Assembly (NCBI GenBank): GCA_900313645.1
Contig: OMSA01000005.1
Location: forward strand, 1 to 34,138
DNA: 34,138 nt
Source of the DNA: an uncultured Methanobrevibacter sp.
GTDB taxonomy: Archaea > Methanobacteriota > Methanobacteria > Methanobacteriales > Methanobacteriaceae
Direction: 5' to 3'
The translations under genes and the position numbers were made by a program. Below are positions 1-9,517 of this stretch, in pieces. The first letter of the stretch is position 1; every line of letters starts with the position of its first letter. The notes under the pieces were generated by a model, which searched no databases, was not told the DNA's origin, and saw only the letters and a list, made by a program, of their open reading frames with translations.

Positions 1-120
1 CAAACGAGGCGTTTTAAAACGAATCTATCGCAGAGATCTCATTTGGAATGACAATCGCAAAAAGGATTTTGAAAATCAACAAAGTTTTTGAAAGAGTCAA
101 AAAAGTAAAAAAAAGAGAGA

Positions 121-142
121 TTTAAAGATAAATATCTTTAAA
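121..142 (-). terminator. Hairpin plus oligo-T terminator of rps8e
   Basis: TTTAAAGATA-AA-TATCTTTAAA inverted repeat overlapping the stop codon, followed on the minus strand by T-rich runs. Confidence 0.6.
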
Positions 143-512
143 TTAAAATTCCGTTAATAACACCATCTTGACCAGGTCTTGATGTTACTTTAGCATTACC
201 TTCAGGAGTTTCTACAATAGCACCTTTGGTAATGATGTTCCTTCTTACGTAGTTAGGGTTTGCGGTGTTTTCAATTACTCCAATGATGTCTACTACTTTG
301 GTTTTACCATTAGCGTCGGTTACGTTAATTTTATCAGCAGCAGCTAATCTGAGTTTTTCGTTTCCACCACGGGTTCTGATTTTTCTTAATCTTTTTTCGT
401 CAACCCTAGTTTCAGCTGGGTCTCTTCCTAATTCGGATTTCCTTTTTCCACGGTTTGCAACATTTCTTGCACCGGATGGACTTCTTGTTGATTTTCCTTG
501 AGAAATTGCCAT
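138..512 (-). CDS. rps8e: 30S ribosomal protein S8e
   Basis: 124 aa basic protein with [28 protein letters not shown] and VTSRPGQDG motifs; GGTGA RBS. Confidence 0.98.
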   Translation of the reverse strand: MAISQGKSTRSPSGARNVANRGKRKSELGRDPAETRVDEKRLRKIRTRGGNEKLRLAAADKINVTDANGKTKVVDIIGVIENTANPNYVRRNIITKGAIVETPEGNAKVTSRPGQDGVINGILI

Positions 513-559
513 TATTTCACCTAATAAAAATTAATCTGTAATATAATAATCGCAGTCTA

Positions 560-630
560 TAAACTTCTTTCAATTAAACTGTATGCAAGAAAATTAACAG
601 CCTAATTTTTGAGAGCAAAAAAGAAGCTTA
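560..630 (-). promoter_or_regulatory. Structured 5' leader of rps8e (candidate ribosomal-protein leader)
   Basis: Two 11-bp stems and a 4-bp side hairpin; all three non-Watson-Crick pairs are G-U on the minus (sense) strand; lies between a TATA box (~665-672) and the RBS. Confidence 0.55.
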
Positions 631-704
631 AAGAATAATGATAATAAAATATTAATTTATCATTATATATAAATGTTTTATTTTTCAGACAAAAAATAAG
701 AATT

Positions 705-944
705 TTAATTTTTATTTTTCAAAATAAATTCGTCAAGTAACTTGTCGAATTCCTCTTCACTGATATCTTCATCAGATGAGGCATCCAGAATTTCCTGAAT
801 TGCTTCATCGGACACGTCATCACCTAAAAGCTCAATCAATAATTCTTTTAGGTCGTTATCATCGATATATGCTTCACCCTCAGTATTCAAAGACTGGGAG
901 TTGCCGTCTTCACTAAAAGTATAGTATGGAACTTCTTTCACCAT
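705..944 (-). CDS. Small acidic hypothetical protein with EF-hand-like pattern
   Basis: ATG at 944 lies 1 nt after the upstream stop (946); 79 aa, D/E-rich; contains DASSDEDISEEEF. Confidence 0.75.
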   Translation of the reverse strand: MVKEVPYYTFSEDGNSQSLNTEGEAYIDDNDLKELLIELLGDDVSDEAIQEILDASSDEDISEEEFDKLLDEFILKNKN

Positions 945-945
945 T

Positions 946-1230
946 TTAATAATCCCCATATGGAAATTCGTAATAAACTATATCGTAAGGATCATCATCG
1001 AAATACCACTGATTTGCTTCATCCAGATAATCTTCATCGTCAAGAAGGTCGTCATCAAATTCTTCTGCTCCTTCAACCTGAATAACAATATTAACCTCTC
1101 CATCCAATTTTTCGACATCAATACCTAACGCGTCTAAGTCAATTTCCAATTCTCCATCTTTCATGGCTTCTTCAGGCACTACAATAACGATTTCATTTGC
1201 AGATGACATATCAATTTCCGGATTTTTCAA
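946..1230 (-). CDS. Small, very acidic hypothetical protein
   Basis: 94 aa, about one third Asp/Glu; TTG start with GGAGTGA RBS; coupled to the next gene. Confidence 0.8.
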   Translation of the reverse strand: MKNPEIDMSSANEIVIVVPEEAMKDGELEIDLDALGIDVEKLDGEVNIVIQVEGAEEFDDDLLDDEDYLDEANQWYFDDDPYDIVYYEFPYGDY

Positions 1231-1298
1231 TGTATCACTCCTAACAACGTTTTAATATAATTATAGGTTAAGTCATATTTAAAGATGACAGATAGTAA

Positions 1299-1643
1299 CT
1301 AGTAGTTACTATCGATTATATAATCCAGATTCGGAATTCCGAATTTGTTTTTGCATTTGGTTGAGAAAATCCTGGAGTTTTCTATGAAAAGGTCAAAATA
1401 CAAATAGGAACCATTGCAGTTTATGCTGATTTTGACATCAGCACTTTCCAATGTTTCCTTTGAAGTGTTTAAAAATTTTGATGCTTTAAAAACAAACACC
1501 CGTGATGGAAAATTGGCATTGTTAATGCCTAAAAATACACCATCAGAAATTCCATAATCTGCACAATATCCGTTCTCGCCATCAATTTTACCAACAAATG
1601 TGTCATTTATTTCGTCATAACTTGAGATCAATCTTTTTTCCAT
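1299..1643 (-). CDS. Hypothetical protein, degenerate DUF2283-like
   Basis: SYDEINDTF...ISDGVFL...ASKFL resembles the YDxxxDxL...ISDGVxLD...ASK pattern; ATG at 1643 with GAGG upstream. Confidence 0.6.
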   Translation of the reverse strand: MEKRLISSYDEINDTFVGKIDGENGYCADYGISDGVFLGINNANFPSRVFVFKASKFLNTSKETLESADVKISINCNGSYLYFDLFIENSRIFSTKCKNKFGIPNLDYIIDSNY

Positions 1644-1822
1644 TATATCAAACCTCAAACATACTATGATTGATAAACATTATAAAAAAAGTCGTAGAGC
1701 ATTTGAAAAGTAATACAAGTCATTTTTAAACAGAATTTTACAATATCTGGACAATAAAATTGATTTAATATTAAAAAATTGTTTTGGAAAAATATTATAA
1801 CTACATAAAATATAGTTAAATT

Positions 1823-2506
1823 ATGGTTCAAGAGACAAAAGAGCAATTAGAACTTGAAGCCGAAATAAAACAACAGGCCCAGAAATTCCTAAAATATCTT
1901 AATTCAACCCTTCCGGAAAGTATGGAACTGGAATATGAAGGGTTTTACAGAAGAGGATTTTTCGTAAGCAAAAAGAGATATGCCGTAATTGAAGACGGAG
2001 AAATTATAGCCAAAGGCCTGGAGTTAGTTAGAAGGGATTGGGCACCTATTGTAAAAAATACTCAGGAAGCTGTTTTAATGGCTATTTTAAAAGAAGGGGA
2101 TTCTGATAAGGCCATTAAAGAAGTTAAAAAAGCTTTCAAAAGAATCCGCAGCGGTAAAGTGGACAATAAGGAGCTTGTAATCCACACCCAAATCACCAAA
2201 CCTCTACACCAGTACAAACAGGTCGGACCCCATGTCGTTGCCGCTCAAAAGATAGAGGAACATGGAGTTAAGGTAAGTAGAGGAACCATTGTCAGATATA
2301 TAATTGTCAAAGGAAAAGGTTCAATAAGCCAAAGGGCGGTTCCATATGAGTATAGTGAAGGATTTGACTATGACAAGGATTATTACATCAAAAATCAGTT
2401 GATTCCTGCTGTTGAAAGAATTATGTATTCATTCGGATATACAAGAAAAGACCTTGAGGACATGGCCGTCGGTGAAGTCCAGCAAAGTCTTGATGCATTC
2501 TTCTAA
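1823..2506 (+). CDS. polB2: Family B DNA polymerase, small (C-terminal) subunit of the split PolB
   Basis: LEYEGFY, KKRYA and [10 protein letters not shown] motifs; C-terminal PIP box QQSLDAFF; no exonuclease domain and no YxDTD motif. Confidence 0.93.
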   Translation: MVQETKEQLELEAEIKQQAQKFLKYLNSTLPESMELEYEGFYRRGFFVSKKRYAVIEDGEIIAKGLELVRRDWAPIVKNTQEAVLMAILKEGDSDKAIKEVKKAFKRIRSGKVDNKELVIHTQITKPLHQYKQVGPHVVAAQKIEEHGVKVSRGTIVRYIIVKGKGSISQRAVPYEYSEGFDYDKDYYIKNQLIPAVERIMYSFGYTRKDLEDMAVGEVQQSLDAFF

Positions 2507-2544
2507 AAATATTTAAATATTTTTAAAATATATACTTAAATCAT

Positions 2545-3237
2545 ATGATAGAAAATGACGATAGTGTTGTCTTTTTCGATATTGATGGCACTTTACTTGA
2601 TACTTCAGATTTTGCTGAAACTGCTAGAAAAGCAGCAATTGGATTGATGGTGGATAATGGACTTCCATTAGATAAAGATGAAGCTTATGGTGTTTTAAAA
2701 ACCATCATTCGTGAAAAAGGATCCAACTATGGAAAGCATTTCAATGTATTGACCCAGGTTGTTTTAGGTCATGAAGACCCTATGCTTGTCGCACTTGGAA
2801 TGATAACCTACCATAACGTTAAAATGGCGCTTTTAAGACCATATCCTGAAACAATTGATACATTAATCTATCTCAAAAGCCAAGGTTACCGTTTAGCAGT
2901 TATTTCAAACGGACTGACTATTAAACAATGGGAAAAATTAGTTAGGCTCAACATACATTCATTTTTTGATGCAGTAATCACTTCTGAAGAGGTCGGTAAA
3001 GAAAAACCTGACAAACTAATTTATGACGTTGCACTTAGGAAAATGAAAGGAAACCCTGAAAAATCATTGATGATTGGAAATAAATTTAAAGCGGATGCAC
3101 TGGGTGCGGTAAACGCTGGAATGAGAGCGATTCTTGTAAACTCCGACGTTACTGAAGACGACAGGGATTACATTAAAAAAGAGCAACTGGACATAACCAT
3201 TATCGACAATATTGGTGATGTAAATACCATTTTATAA
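2545..3237 (+). CDS. HAD-superfamily hydrolase (TIGR02253-like)
   Basis: FFDIDGTL motif I, ISNG motif II, KPD motif III, GNKFKAD variant of motif IV. Confidence 0.92.
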   Translation: MIENDDSVVFFDIDGTLLDTSDFAETARKAAIGLMVDNGLPLDKDEAYGVLKTIIREKGSNYGKHFNVLTQVVLGHEDPMLVALGMITYHNVKMALLRPYPETIDTLIYLKSQGYRLAVISNGLTIKQWEKLVRLNIHSFFDAVITSEEVGKEKPDKLIYDVALRKMKGNPEKSLMIGNKFKADALGAVNAGMRAILVNSDVTEDDRDYIKKEQLDITIIDNIGDVNTIL

Positions 3238-3247
3238 TCATCAATTT

Positions 3248-4021
3248 TTAAAATTCTAGTTCTAAAGTTACTGGACAGTGATCTGAACCATAAATGTCAG
3301 CTAAAATTTCAGCTGATTTTACATTATCTTTTATTTCTTCATTTACATAGAAATAGTCCAGTCTCCATCCTGCATTTCTTTCACGTGCGCGTGTTCTGTA
3401 ACTCCACCAGGTAAAGTTGTTTTCCCCTTCGTCAAACATTCTGAATGTATCAACAAAACCTGCTTTTTCAAGCTCATCCAGCCATGCACGTTCTTCAGGA
3501 AGGTAACCTGATTTTCCTTCACAGTTTTTCGGATTATAAACATCGATAGGATGGTGAGCGATATTGTAGTCACCGGTAATGACCACATTTTCCCCACTGT
3601 TTTTCAGCTCAACTAGCTGTTTTAGTAAGGCATTGCAGAAATCAACTTTAAAGTCAAGTCTTTTTGCATTCATACCGCTGTTTGGGAAATAAATATTATA
3701 CAGATAAAAGTCAGGGTATTTTATTCTCAAAACCCTTCCCTCATTGTCAAGCTCTTCAACGCCGAGGCCCTTAACAACCTCGATAGGCTCGATTTTTGAA
3801 TATGTTCCAACACCGCTGTATCCTTTCTTTTCGGCTTCATTAAATGACTGGTGATATCCATCAACATCAGCTAATTTCTTTGGAATCTTATCCTTGTCGG
3901 CTCTGACTTCCTGAAAGTTGATAATGTCCGCATCAGTATTGTCAAACCAGTTCCAAAATTCATCTTTTTTTGAAACAGCTCTAATACCGTTCACATTCCA
4001 AGAAACCAGCTTAATTGACAT
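3248..4021 (-). CDS. xth: Exodeoxyribonuclease III / AP endonuclease (Mth212-like)
   Basis: SWNVNGIR, QE, GYSGV, YFPN, GDYNIAH, FTWWSYR, GWRLDY and SDHCP motifs. Confidence 0.97.
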   Translation of the reverse strand: MSIKLVSWNVNGIRAVSKKDEFWNWFDNTDADIINFQEVRADKDKIPKKLADVDGYHQSFNEAEKKGYSGVGTYSKIEPIEVVKGLGVEELDNEGRVLRIKYPDFYLYNIYFPNSGMNAKRLDFKVDFCNALLKQLVELKNSGENVVITGDYNIAHHPIDVYNPKNCEGKSGYLPEERAWLDELEKAGFVDTFRMFDEGENNFTWWSYRTRARERNAGWRLDYFYVNEEIKDNVKSAEILADIYGSDHCPVTLELEF

Positions 4022-5562
4022 TATAATCTGACCCCTTTACTAAGAGGCACTTCACGAAGCCATTTGATATCACTTTTGTAAAGCATACGAATGTCTTCAA
4101 CGTCATATCTAATCATGGCCAGTCTTTCAATACCCATACCGAATGCTAAAGCCGGTTGGTCGATGCCTAAAGGTTTTAGAACTTCAGGTCTGAACATTCC
4201 AGCACCACCAAGTTCAATCCAGCTTCCTTTTTCTTCAAGATAAATCTCGGATTCGGTTGATAAATAAGTATAAGGGAAATAAGCCGGTCTGAATCTTACT
4301 TCAAAACCGAGTTTTTTATAAAATTCCTTTAAGGTTCCCAAAAGATTCTGATAGCTGATTCCTTCACCGCATACAAGTCCTTCAACCTGATGGAATTCAG
4401 GCAAATGCTTGTAGTCAAAGGTTTCTCTTCTGAATACTCTTCCTACAGAAAACATTTTGATTGGAGCATCATGTTCATACAGGTGTTTTGTGGATATTCC
4501 GGTTGTATGAGTCCTTAAAACACTTTGGCGTGCAATATCTTCACTCCAATCATACTGCCATCCGATAGAACCTGTGCCCCCACCGTTTTCATGAGTTTCA
4601 GCGGTGAGTTTTACCAAATCATCATCAGGCAAGTCACATGTTAAAGGATTCTTAAGATAGAAAGTGTCCTGCATTTCACGTGCTGCATGATCCTGCGGTT
4701 GGAAAAGAGAATCAAAGTTCCAGAATGCGGATTCCACATATTCACCGTTATCCTCTACAAAACCCATGTTCAGGAAAATTTCACGGATTTCATCGATGAT
4801 TTCTCTTAACGGGTGCTTTTTACCTGCAAAAACAACAGGAGCTTCCGCATTAATATCATAAGGACGGTATTCCAAACTTTTCCATTCGCCCTCTTTTAGA
4901 TGTTCATGGGTCAACTGAGTAGCCTGTTCTTTTATGGTGAATCCGACTTTCAGGATTTCTTCACCTTTCGGTAAGAGAATAAATGAGTGTGTGGTTTGTT
5001 TTTTGATGTTTAAAATATTTTTCCTACCAGTGAGTTTTTTGAATCCATCCATTAAATCATCAGTGAAAAGTTTAACTCCATCAGCATTGAGTTTAAGATA
5101 ATCAAGAACTTTTTCATCAACACCTGCTTTATTGGCAAACTCAGCACCAATTTCAGTGATGTTGACAACACCTTTATCAATTTGAGCCCAATTTTTACGG
5201 CGTAACCATCCAAGAGCAATATTGGCTTCTTTTTTATCCATACCAGTTTCAGAAGCCAAATCTTTCATTTGGATTTCCTTTTTTTCAGCCAATGCATTCA
5301 ATATTCTTCTTTCAGGCAGCCCCTTTTCGGCATATGCAATTCCGTTTTCAGTAAGTGAATAAGTCTCTTCAACTTCCTTGTCAACTTCAATAATGTCTTT
5401 TGAAGCAAGTGAACCTGCCGCACTCATAACGGATTTGATATCCATATTGGCATTTTCAGCAATTTCTTCAGGAGTTGCTTTCCTATTGGCTTCCAATTCT
5501 TTTAAAAGTTTCTTTTCATAAATATGTAATTCTCTAATGGTTTTTTCAATATCCTCACTCAT
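4021..5562 (-). CDS. pheS: Phenylalanyl-tRNA synthetase alpha subunit (archaeal type)
   Basis: FWNFDSLFQPQDHAAREMQDTF, LRTHTT, FHQVEG, FPYT and AFGMGIERLAM; N-terminal winged-helix extension. Confidence 0.98.
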   Translation of the reverse strand: MSEDIEKTIRELHIYEKKLLKELEANRKATPEEIAENANMDIKSVMSAAGSLASKDIIEVDKEVEETYSLTENGIAYAEKGLPERRILNALAEKKEIQMKDLASETGMDKKEANIALGWLRRKNWAQIDKGVVNITEIGAEFANKAGVDEKVLDYLKLNADGVKLFTDDLMDGFKKLTGRKNILNIKKQTTHSFILLPKGEEILKVGFTIKEQATQLTHEHLKEGEWKSLEYRPYDINAEAPVVFAGKKHPLREIIDEIREIFLNMGFVEDNGEYVESAFWNFDSLFQPQDHAAREMQDTFYLKNPLTCDLPDDDLVKLTAETHENGGGTGSIGWQYDWSEDIARQSVLRTHTTGISTKHLYEHDAPIKMFSVGRVFRRETFDYKHLPEFHQVEGLVCGEGISYQNLLGTLKEFYKKLGFEVRFRPAYFPYTYLSTESEIYLEEKGSWIELGGAGMFRPEVLKPLGIDQPALAFGMGIERLAMIRYDVEDIRMLYKSDIKWLREVPLSKGVRL

Positions 5563-5661
5563 TTAAACACCATGATTTCTAGATTAATAATAAAATAATA
5601 TATGTTTAATTTGATTTATAAACATAGTGCTAATTTTAAAAAAAATTAAAAAAAGTAAAAG

Positions 5662-6312
5662 TTATTCTAATTTAGATAACTTCTGACCCAGTTCATAGGC
5701 CTCTTTCAAATCTTTAGGAAACTGTGTTTCGCGAACTTCCAATTTTTTGGCCTCATCGAACATGTCAGATTTGAACTTTGAATAATCGTTGAACTGATAA
5801 GTGTCAAAGGAGCACATTGTAATCGGTTTTTTAAACACTGCTTCAAGTGCGCCTTCCAATGTGTTTAATGTAATCTGATAATTCATCATGTCAAAGATTT
5901 CCTCAGGACAGTTCATTGTGTATATGCATGCTGTAGGCATTCTTTTGGGAGCGATATTGTCATCTGAACTGTAAGTCAGATATGGAAAAGCGAATCTTTC
6001 AATAAAGCTTCTCAACTCGCCGGTCACGTCTCCAAAATAGATTGGTGAGCCTAGAATGACCCCATCACATAAAGAAAGTTTTTCCAAAACCTCTGCTAAA
6101 TCATCATTGATTGCACATTTTCCGTAATTTTTACCACCTATTCTTTTACAGGAAAAGCAGCTTTTACAGCCTTTGAAATCCAAATCATACAAATTGATTC
6201 TTTCAACTTCAGCATCAGGAATTACACTTTTAATTCCTTCCAGAGATTTATCAAGCAACTGTGCGGTATTTTTGTTTTTTCTAGGACTTCCGTTAATCGC
6301 ATAAAATTTCAT
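5662..6312 (-). CDS. Flavodoxin-fold iron-sulfur flavoprotein / NAD(P)H-dependent FMN reductase
   Basis: NGSPRKNKNT FMN loop, CxxCxxC-x10-C, GSPIYFG. Confidence 0.9.
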   Translation of the reverse strand: MKFYAINGSPRKNKNTAQLLDKSLEGIKSVIPDAEVERINLYDLDFKGCKSCFSCKRIGGKNYGKCAINDDLAEVLEKLSLCDGVILGSPIYFGDVTGELRSFIERFAFPYLTYSSDDNIAPKRMPTACIYTMNCPEEIFDMMNYQITLNTLEGALEAVFKKPITMCSFDTYQFNDYSKFKSDMFDEAKKLEVRETQFPKDLKEAYELGQKLSKLE

Positions 6313-6321
6313 ATTAACACC

Positions 6322-7197
6322 TTAAAAGTTTGATTTCAAATAACTTACAAATATTGAAGCTGCTGTCAGATCAGCTGTTGTTCCAGGATTATATTTATTT
6401 TTAAATAAATAATCATCAAATTCCGCAACTCTTTCCAAAAAGTCAGATGAATCCTTCATTTTAAGCAAATCACGGGTCATGAGTGAAATCTTAAGCGCCT
6501 CATCATCTCCGTATTTTCTTGATATTAATGTATCCGGAACATGGGACAAGATTGTTAAAAATGTCAAAAGGCATGCTTCGTTTTTGGATTTCTCCTGTTT
6601 CAATTCATGATAAGTAGGATAACCTATTTCAAACACCGCAGGCATATCTGAAGTCATCTCACGGGCCAGCATATCCCACGGAGCTGAGATTTTTAAAACA
6701 TCATACATTGTCTGATTATTGTCTCTTAACTCCTGTTTTGCATTGTCGCTTGCCACATCATACTCGTCCTGATCGCCCATTCCTCCTGCATCGGCAATGT
6801 TGATTGCATCATACAGGTCACATGCATCATCAACGGAGGTGTTTGCCATCAGCAATTTGATGTTTTCTCTAATTTCATCGAAATTTTCACTTATTGAGGC
6901 TGCAACAGCAATTGGTGTTGTCATCATGACAATTCCAAGATTGGTGTTGTTTTTTATCCACCTGTCAGTTTCTGAGACTGCCTGAAGTATATATTTACCC
7001 AATTGAGGATTTTCAACATCCACATCAGTGCATGCCTCACGAATGGCATCTCCAATTACAATACCGCTTATTATGAAATCTTCAAATTCCATATCGTCAT
7101 AATCACGTGTTCTGTGAACATTTCCAGGTTTTGGATATCCGCTAACTTCAAGGGCTGATGCGATTTGAGCGATTTTGGCAATTTCAAACGGATCCAT
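6322..7197 (-). CDS. citG: CitG-family triphosphoribosyl-dephospho-CoA synthase homolog
   Basis: ALEV..PKPGNVHR, NTNLG, DTLISRKYG and NPGTTADL motifs. Confidence 0.88.
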   Translation of the reverse strand: MDPFEIAKIAQIASALEVSGYPKPGNVHRTRDYDDMEFEDFIISGIVIGDAIREACTDVDVENPQLGKYILQAVSETDRWIKNNTNLGIVMMTTPIAVAASISENFDEIRENIKLLMANTSVDDACDLYDAINIADAGGMGDQDEYDVASDNAKQELRDNNQTMYDVLKISAPWDMLAREMTSDMPAVFEIGYPTYHELKQEKSKNEACLLTFLTILSHVPDTLISRKYGDDEALKISLMTRDLLKMKDSSDFLERVAEFDDYLFKNKYNPGTTADLTAASIFVSYLKSNF

Positions 7198-8207
7198 TAT
7201 ATCACATCATTTAAAAGTAAGTACGGTGCGAAATTAGTGATTATTAAATCTGCTCCTGCCCTTTTAATTGAAAGCAGTGATTCAGTAATTGCCCTTTCAG
7301 TTAAAAATCCTTTTTCAATAGCTGCCATAAGCATTGCATATTCTCCACTTACATTATAAGCAACCAAAGGCAACATGAACTCATCGCGAACCATACGCAC
7401 AACGTCAAGGTACGGCAGTGCCGGCTTGACCATTAAAAAGTCACATCCTTCAATAACATCTAGTTCACATTCCCTTATTGCCTCAACTGCATTTGCAGGG
7501 TCCATTTGATATGATTTCCTATCTCCCGCATGAGGTGATGAGCATGCTGCAACTCTGAACGGCTCATAGAATGCTGATGCATATTTGGCAGAGTAAGACA
7601 TTATCATTACATTAAAGTATCCGTTTTCATCAAGAATTTGCCTAATGGCTCCGACTCTTCCGTCCATCATATCGGATGGCGCTACAATATCTGCACCGGC
7701 CTGTGCATGTGAAAGTGCGACTTTAGCGATGTAAGGCAATGATTCATCATTCAATATCTCTATTCCATCATCAGTGTCTTCGTTTTCCACTATCATGCCG
7801 CAATGGCCGTGTGAAGTGTATTGGCACAGACAGACATCAGTAATTACAACAAGATCGGTTTCCTTTTTAAGTCTTCTGACCGCTTTTTGAACGATACCTG
7901 TTGAGGAGTAATCGGGAGTTGCTATTTCATCTTTGGTGTCCTCTTTTGGTATTCCGAATACGATGATTGATTTCAATCCTTTCGCTTCAAGCTGTTTTGC
8001 AAATTCTACACCGCTGTCCAAAGAGTATCTGAACTCACCTGGAAGAGATGAGATTTCTTCTTTTTGGTCGCCTTCAAGTTCTTCCTTAAAATAAATCGGA
8101 TATATCAAGTCATCCTTTTCCAGTTTAGTTTCACGGACGATATTTCTAATTTTGGCATTTTTTCTAAGCCTTCTCATTCTTGTAATTGGAAATTGCATAA
8201 TAATCAC
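7197..8207 (-). CDS. hemB: Porphobilinogen synthase (ALA dehydratase)
   Basis: [14 protein letters not shown] zinc site, [16 protein letters not shown] and [10 protein letters not shown]; start may be a few codons downstream. Confidence 0.98.
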   Translation of the reverse strand: MIIMQFPITRMRRLRKNAKIRNIVRETKLEKDDLIYPIYFKEELEGDQKEEISSLPGEFRYSLDSGVEFAKQLEAKGLKSIIVFGIPKEDTKDEIATPDYSSTGIVQKAVRRLKKETDLVVITDVCLCQYTSHGHCGMIVENEDTDDGIEILNDESLPYIAKVALSHAQAGADIVAPSDMMDGRVGAIRQILDENGYFNVMIMSYSAKYASAFYEPFRVAACSSPHAGDRKSYQMDPANAVEAIRECELDVIEGCDFLMVKPALPYLDVVRMVRDEFMLPLVAYNVSGEYAMLMAAIEKGFLTERAITESLLSIKRAGADLIITNFAPYLLLNDVI

Positions 8208-8421
8208 TTACTCATCAAAACATTTTTTCTTAATAATAAGATATGATTTGAATAGTTAATTAAAGTTATGGACGGATAAAAAAGATGCTCCCCTTGTTAT
8301 CCAAATCGATGCCTTATTTATTTTTCAGTGCCGACAACCATGCAGAAATATCTCTTAAAATTTAAACATTTAAAAACTTAAAAAAACAAACATTACACCA
8401 ATTGCTAAAAAGAGGCCAAAC

Positions 8422-9516
8422 ATGTCAAATTCAATCGGAGAAAAATTTCAAATAACAAGTTTCGGAACCAGTCATGGTCCTGCTGTAGGTGCCGTTGTTG
8501 ACGGATGCCCTGCAAACTTACAATTAACTGCAGAAGATATTCAAAAAGAGCTTGATAAAAGAAAACCTGGAACCAGCAGTGTCACAACTCCAAGAAAGGA
8601 AGATGATGAAGTTTTTATTCTTTCAGGAATTTTTGAAGGCAAAACAGACGGAACACCAATAACAGGAGTTGTTTTTAATAAAAATCAGCACTCCAAAGAT
8701 TATTCCATGCTCAAAAATACCCCACGCCCATCCCATGGAGATTACGGCTGGATGGCAAAATACGGCAACTATGACTACAACGGCGGTGGTAGAGGCAGCG
8801 GCAGAGTCACCATTGGACATGTTATTGGAGGAGCAATAGCTAAAAAACTCTTAAAAACTCAAAATATTGAAATTATTTCTCATGTTACACAAATTGGCGA
8901 TATTAAAGCAGAAGCTCAAGATTTCAATTCAATTAAAGAAAATATTGAAAAAAATCCTGTCAGATGTGCAGACCTGAAAGCGGCCAAGCAAATGGAAGAG
9001 CTGATATTGGATAAAAAACAAGAGGGAGATTCCGTTGGAGGGATTGTTGAAACAATAGCTGTCAATGTCCCTGCAGGACTTGGCGAACCTGTTTTTGAAA
9101 GACTTGATGGAGACCTGGCAAGGATACTGATGAATATCGGAGCCGTTAAGGGGGTTGAAATCGGCCTTGGATTTGACGTTGCAAATTGCACAGGCTCTCA
9201 AATAAACGACGAATATAAAATCGAAAACGATGCAATAACCACAAAAACCAATAATTCAGGCGGAATTATCGGTGGCATGAGCAATGGAATGCCAATCGTT
9301 TCAAGAATTGCAGTTAAACCTACCCCATCCATTTCCAAATGCCAAAATACAGTTGATTTGGAAAAAATGGAAAATAAAAAAATAGAAATTAAGGGGCGTC
9401 ATGACCCTTGCATCTGCCCAAGAGTGACAGCTGTGGCTGAATCAAGTACGGCAATCATTCTGGCCGATCACATGATACGCTCAGGATTTATCCACCCAAC
9501 AGATTTAGAAAAATAA
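8422..9516 (+). CDS. aroC: Chorismate synthase
   Basis: [32 protein letters not shown] and GRHDPC. Confidence 0.98.
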   Translation: MSNSIGEKFQITSFGTSHGPAVGAVVDGCPANLQLTAEDIQKELDKRKPGTSSVTTPRKEDDEVFILSGIFEGKTDGTPITGVVFNKNQHSKDYSMLKNTPRPSHGDYGWMAKYGNYDYNGGGRGSGRVTIGHVIGGAIAKKLLKTQNIEIISHVTQIGDIKAEAQDFNSIKENIEKNPVRCADLKAAKQMEELILDKKQEGDSVGGIVETIAVNVPAGLGEPVFERLDGDLARILMNIGAVKGVEIGLGFDVANCTGSQINDEYKIENDAITTKTNNSGGIIGGMSNGMPIVSRIAVKPTPSISKCQNTVDLEKMENKKIEIKGRHDPCICPRVTAVAESSTAIILADHMIRSGFIHPTDLEK

Positions 9517-9517
9517 T

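Noticed and set aside
1-120. Possible gene end or SRP RNA next to rps8e
   Set aside because: Only short open frames with no recognisable motif, and no GC-rich helix typical of SRP RNA; cannot be called
265-501. 78-aa plus-strand ORF
   Set aside because: Antisense shadow of rps8e
1664-1846. 60-aa minus-strand ORF
   Set aside because: AT-rich F/I/L/N/Y composition, spans the divergent promoter and overlaps the polB2 start
8270-8345. Slightly GC-richer patch with a GGATAA/TTATCC repeat upstream of aroC
   Set aside because: Only a 6-bp stem, with no ORF or other support
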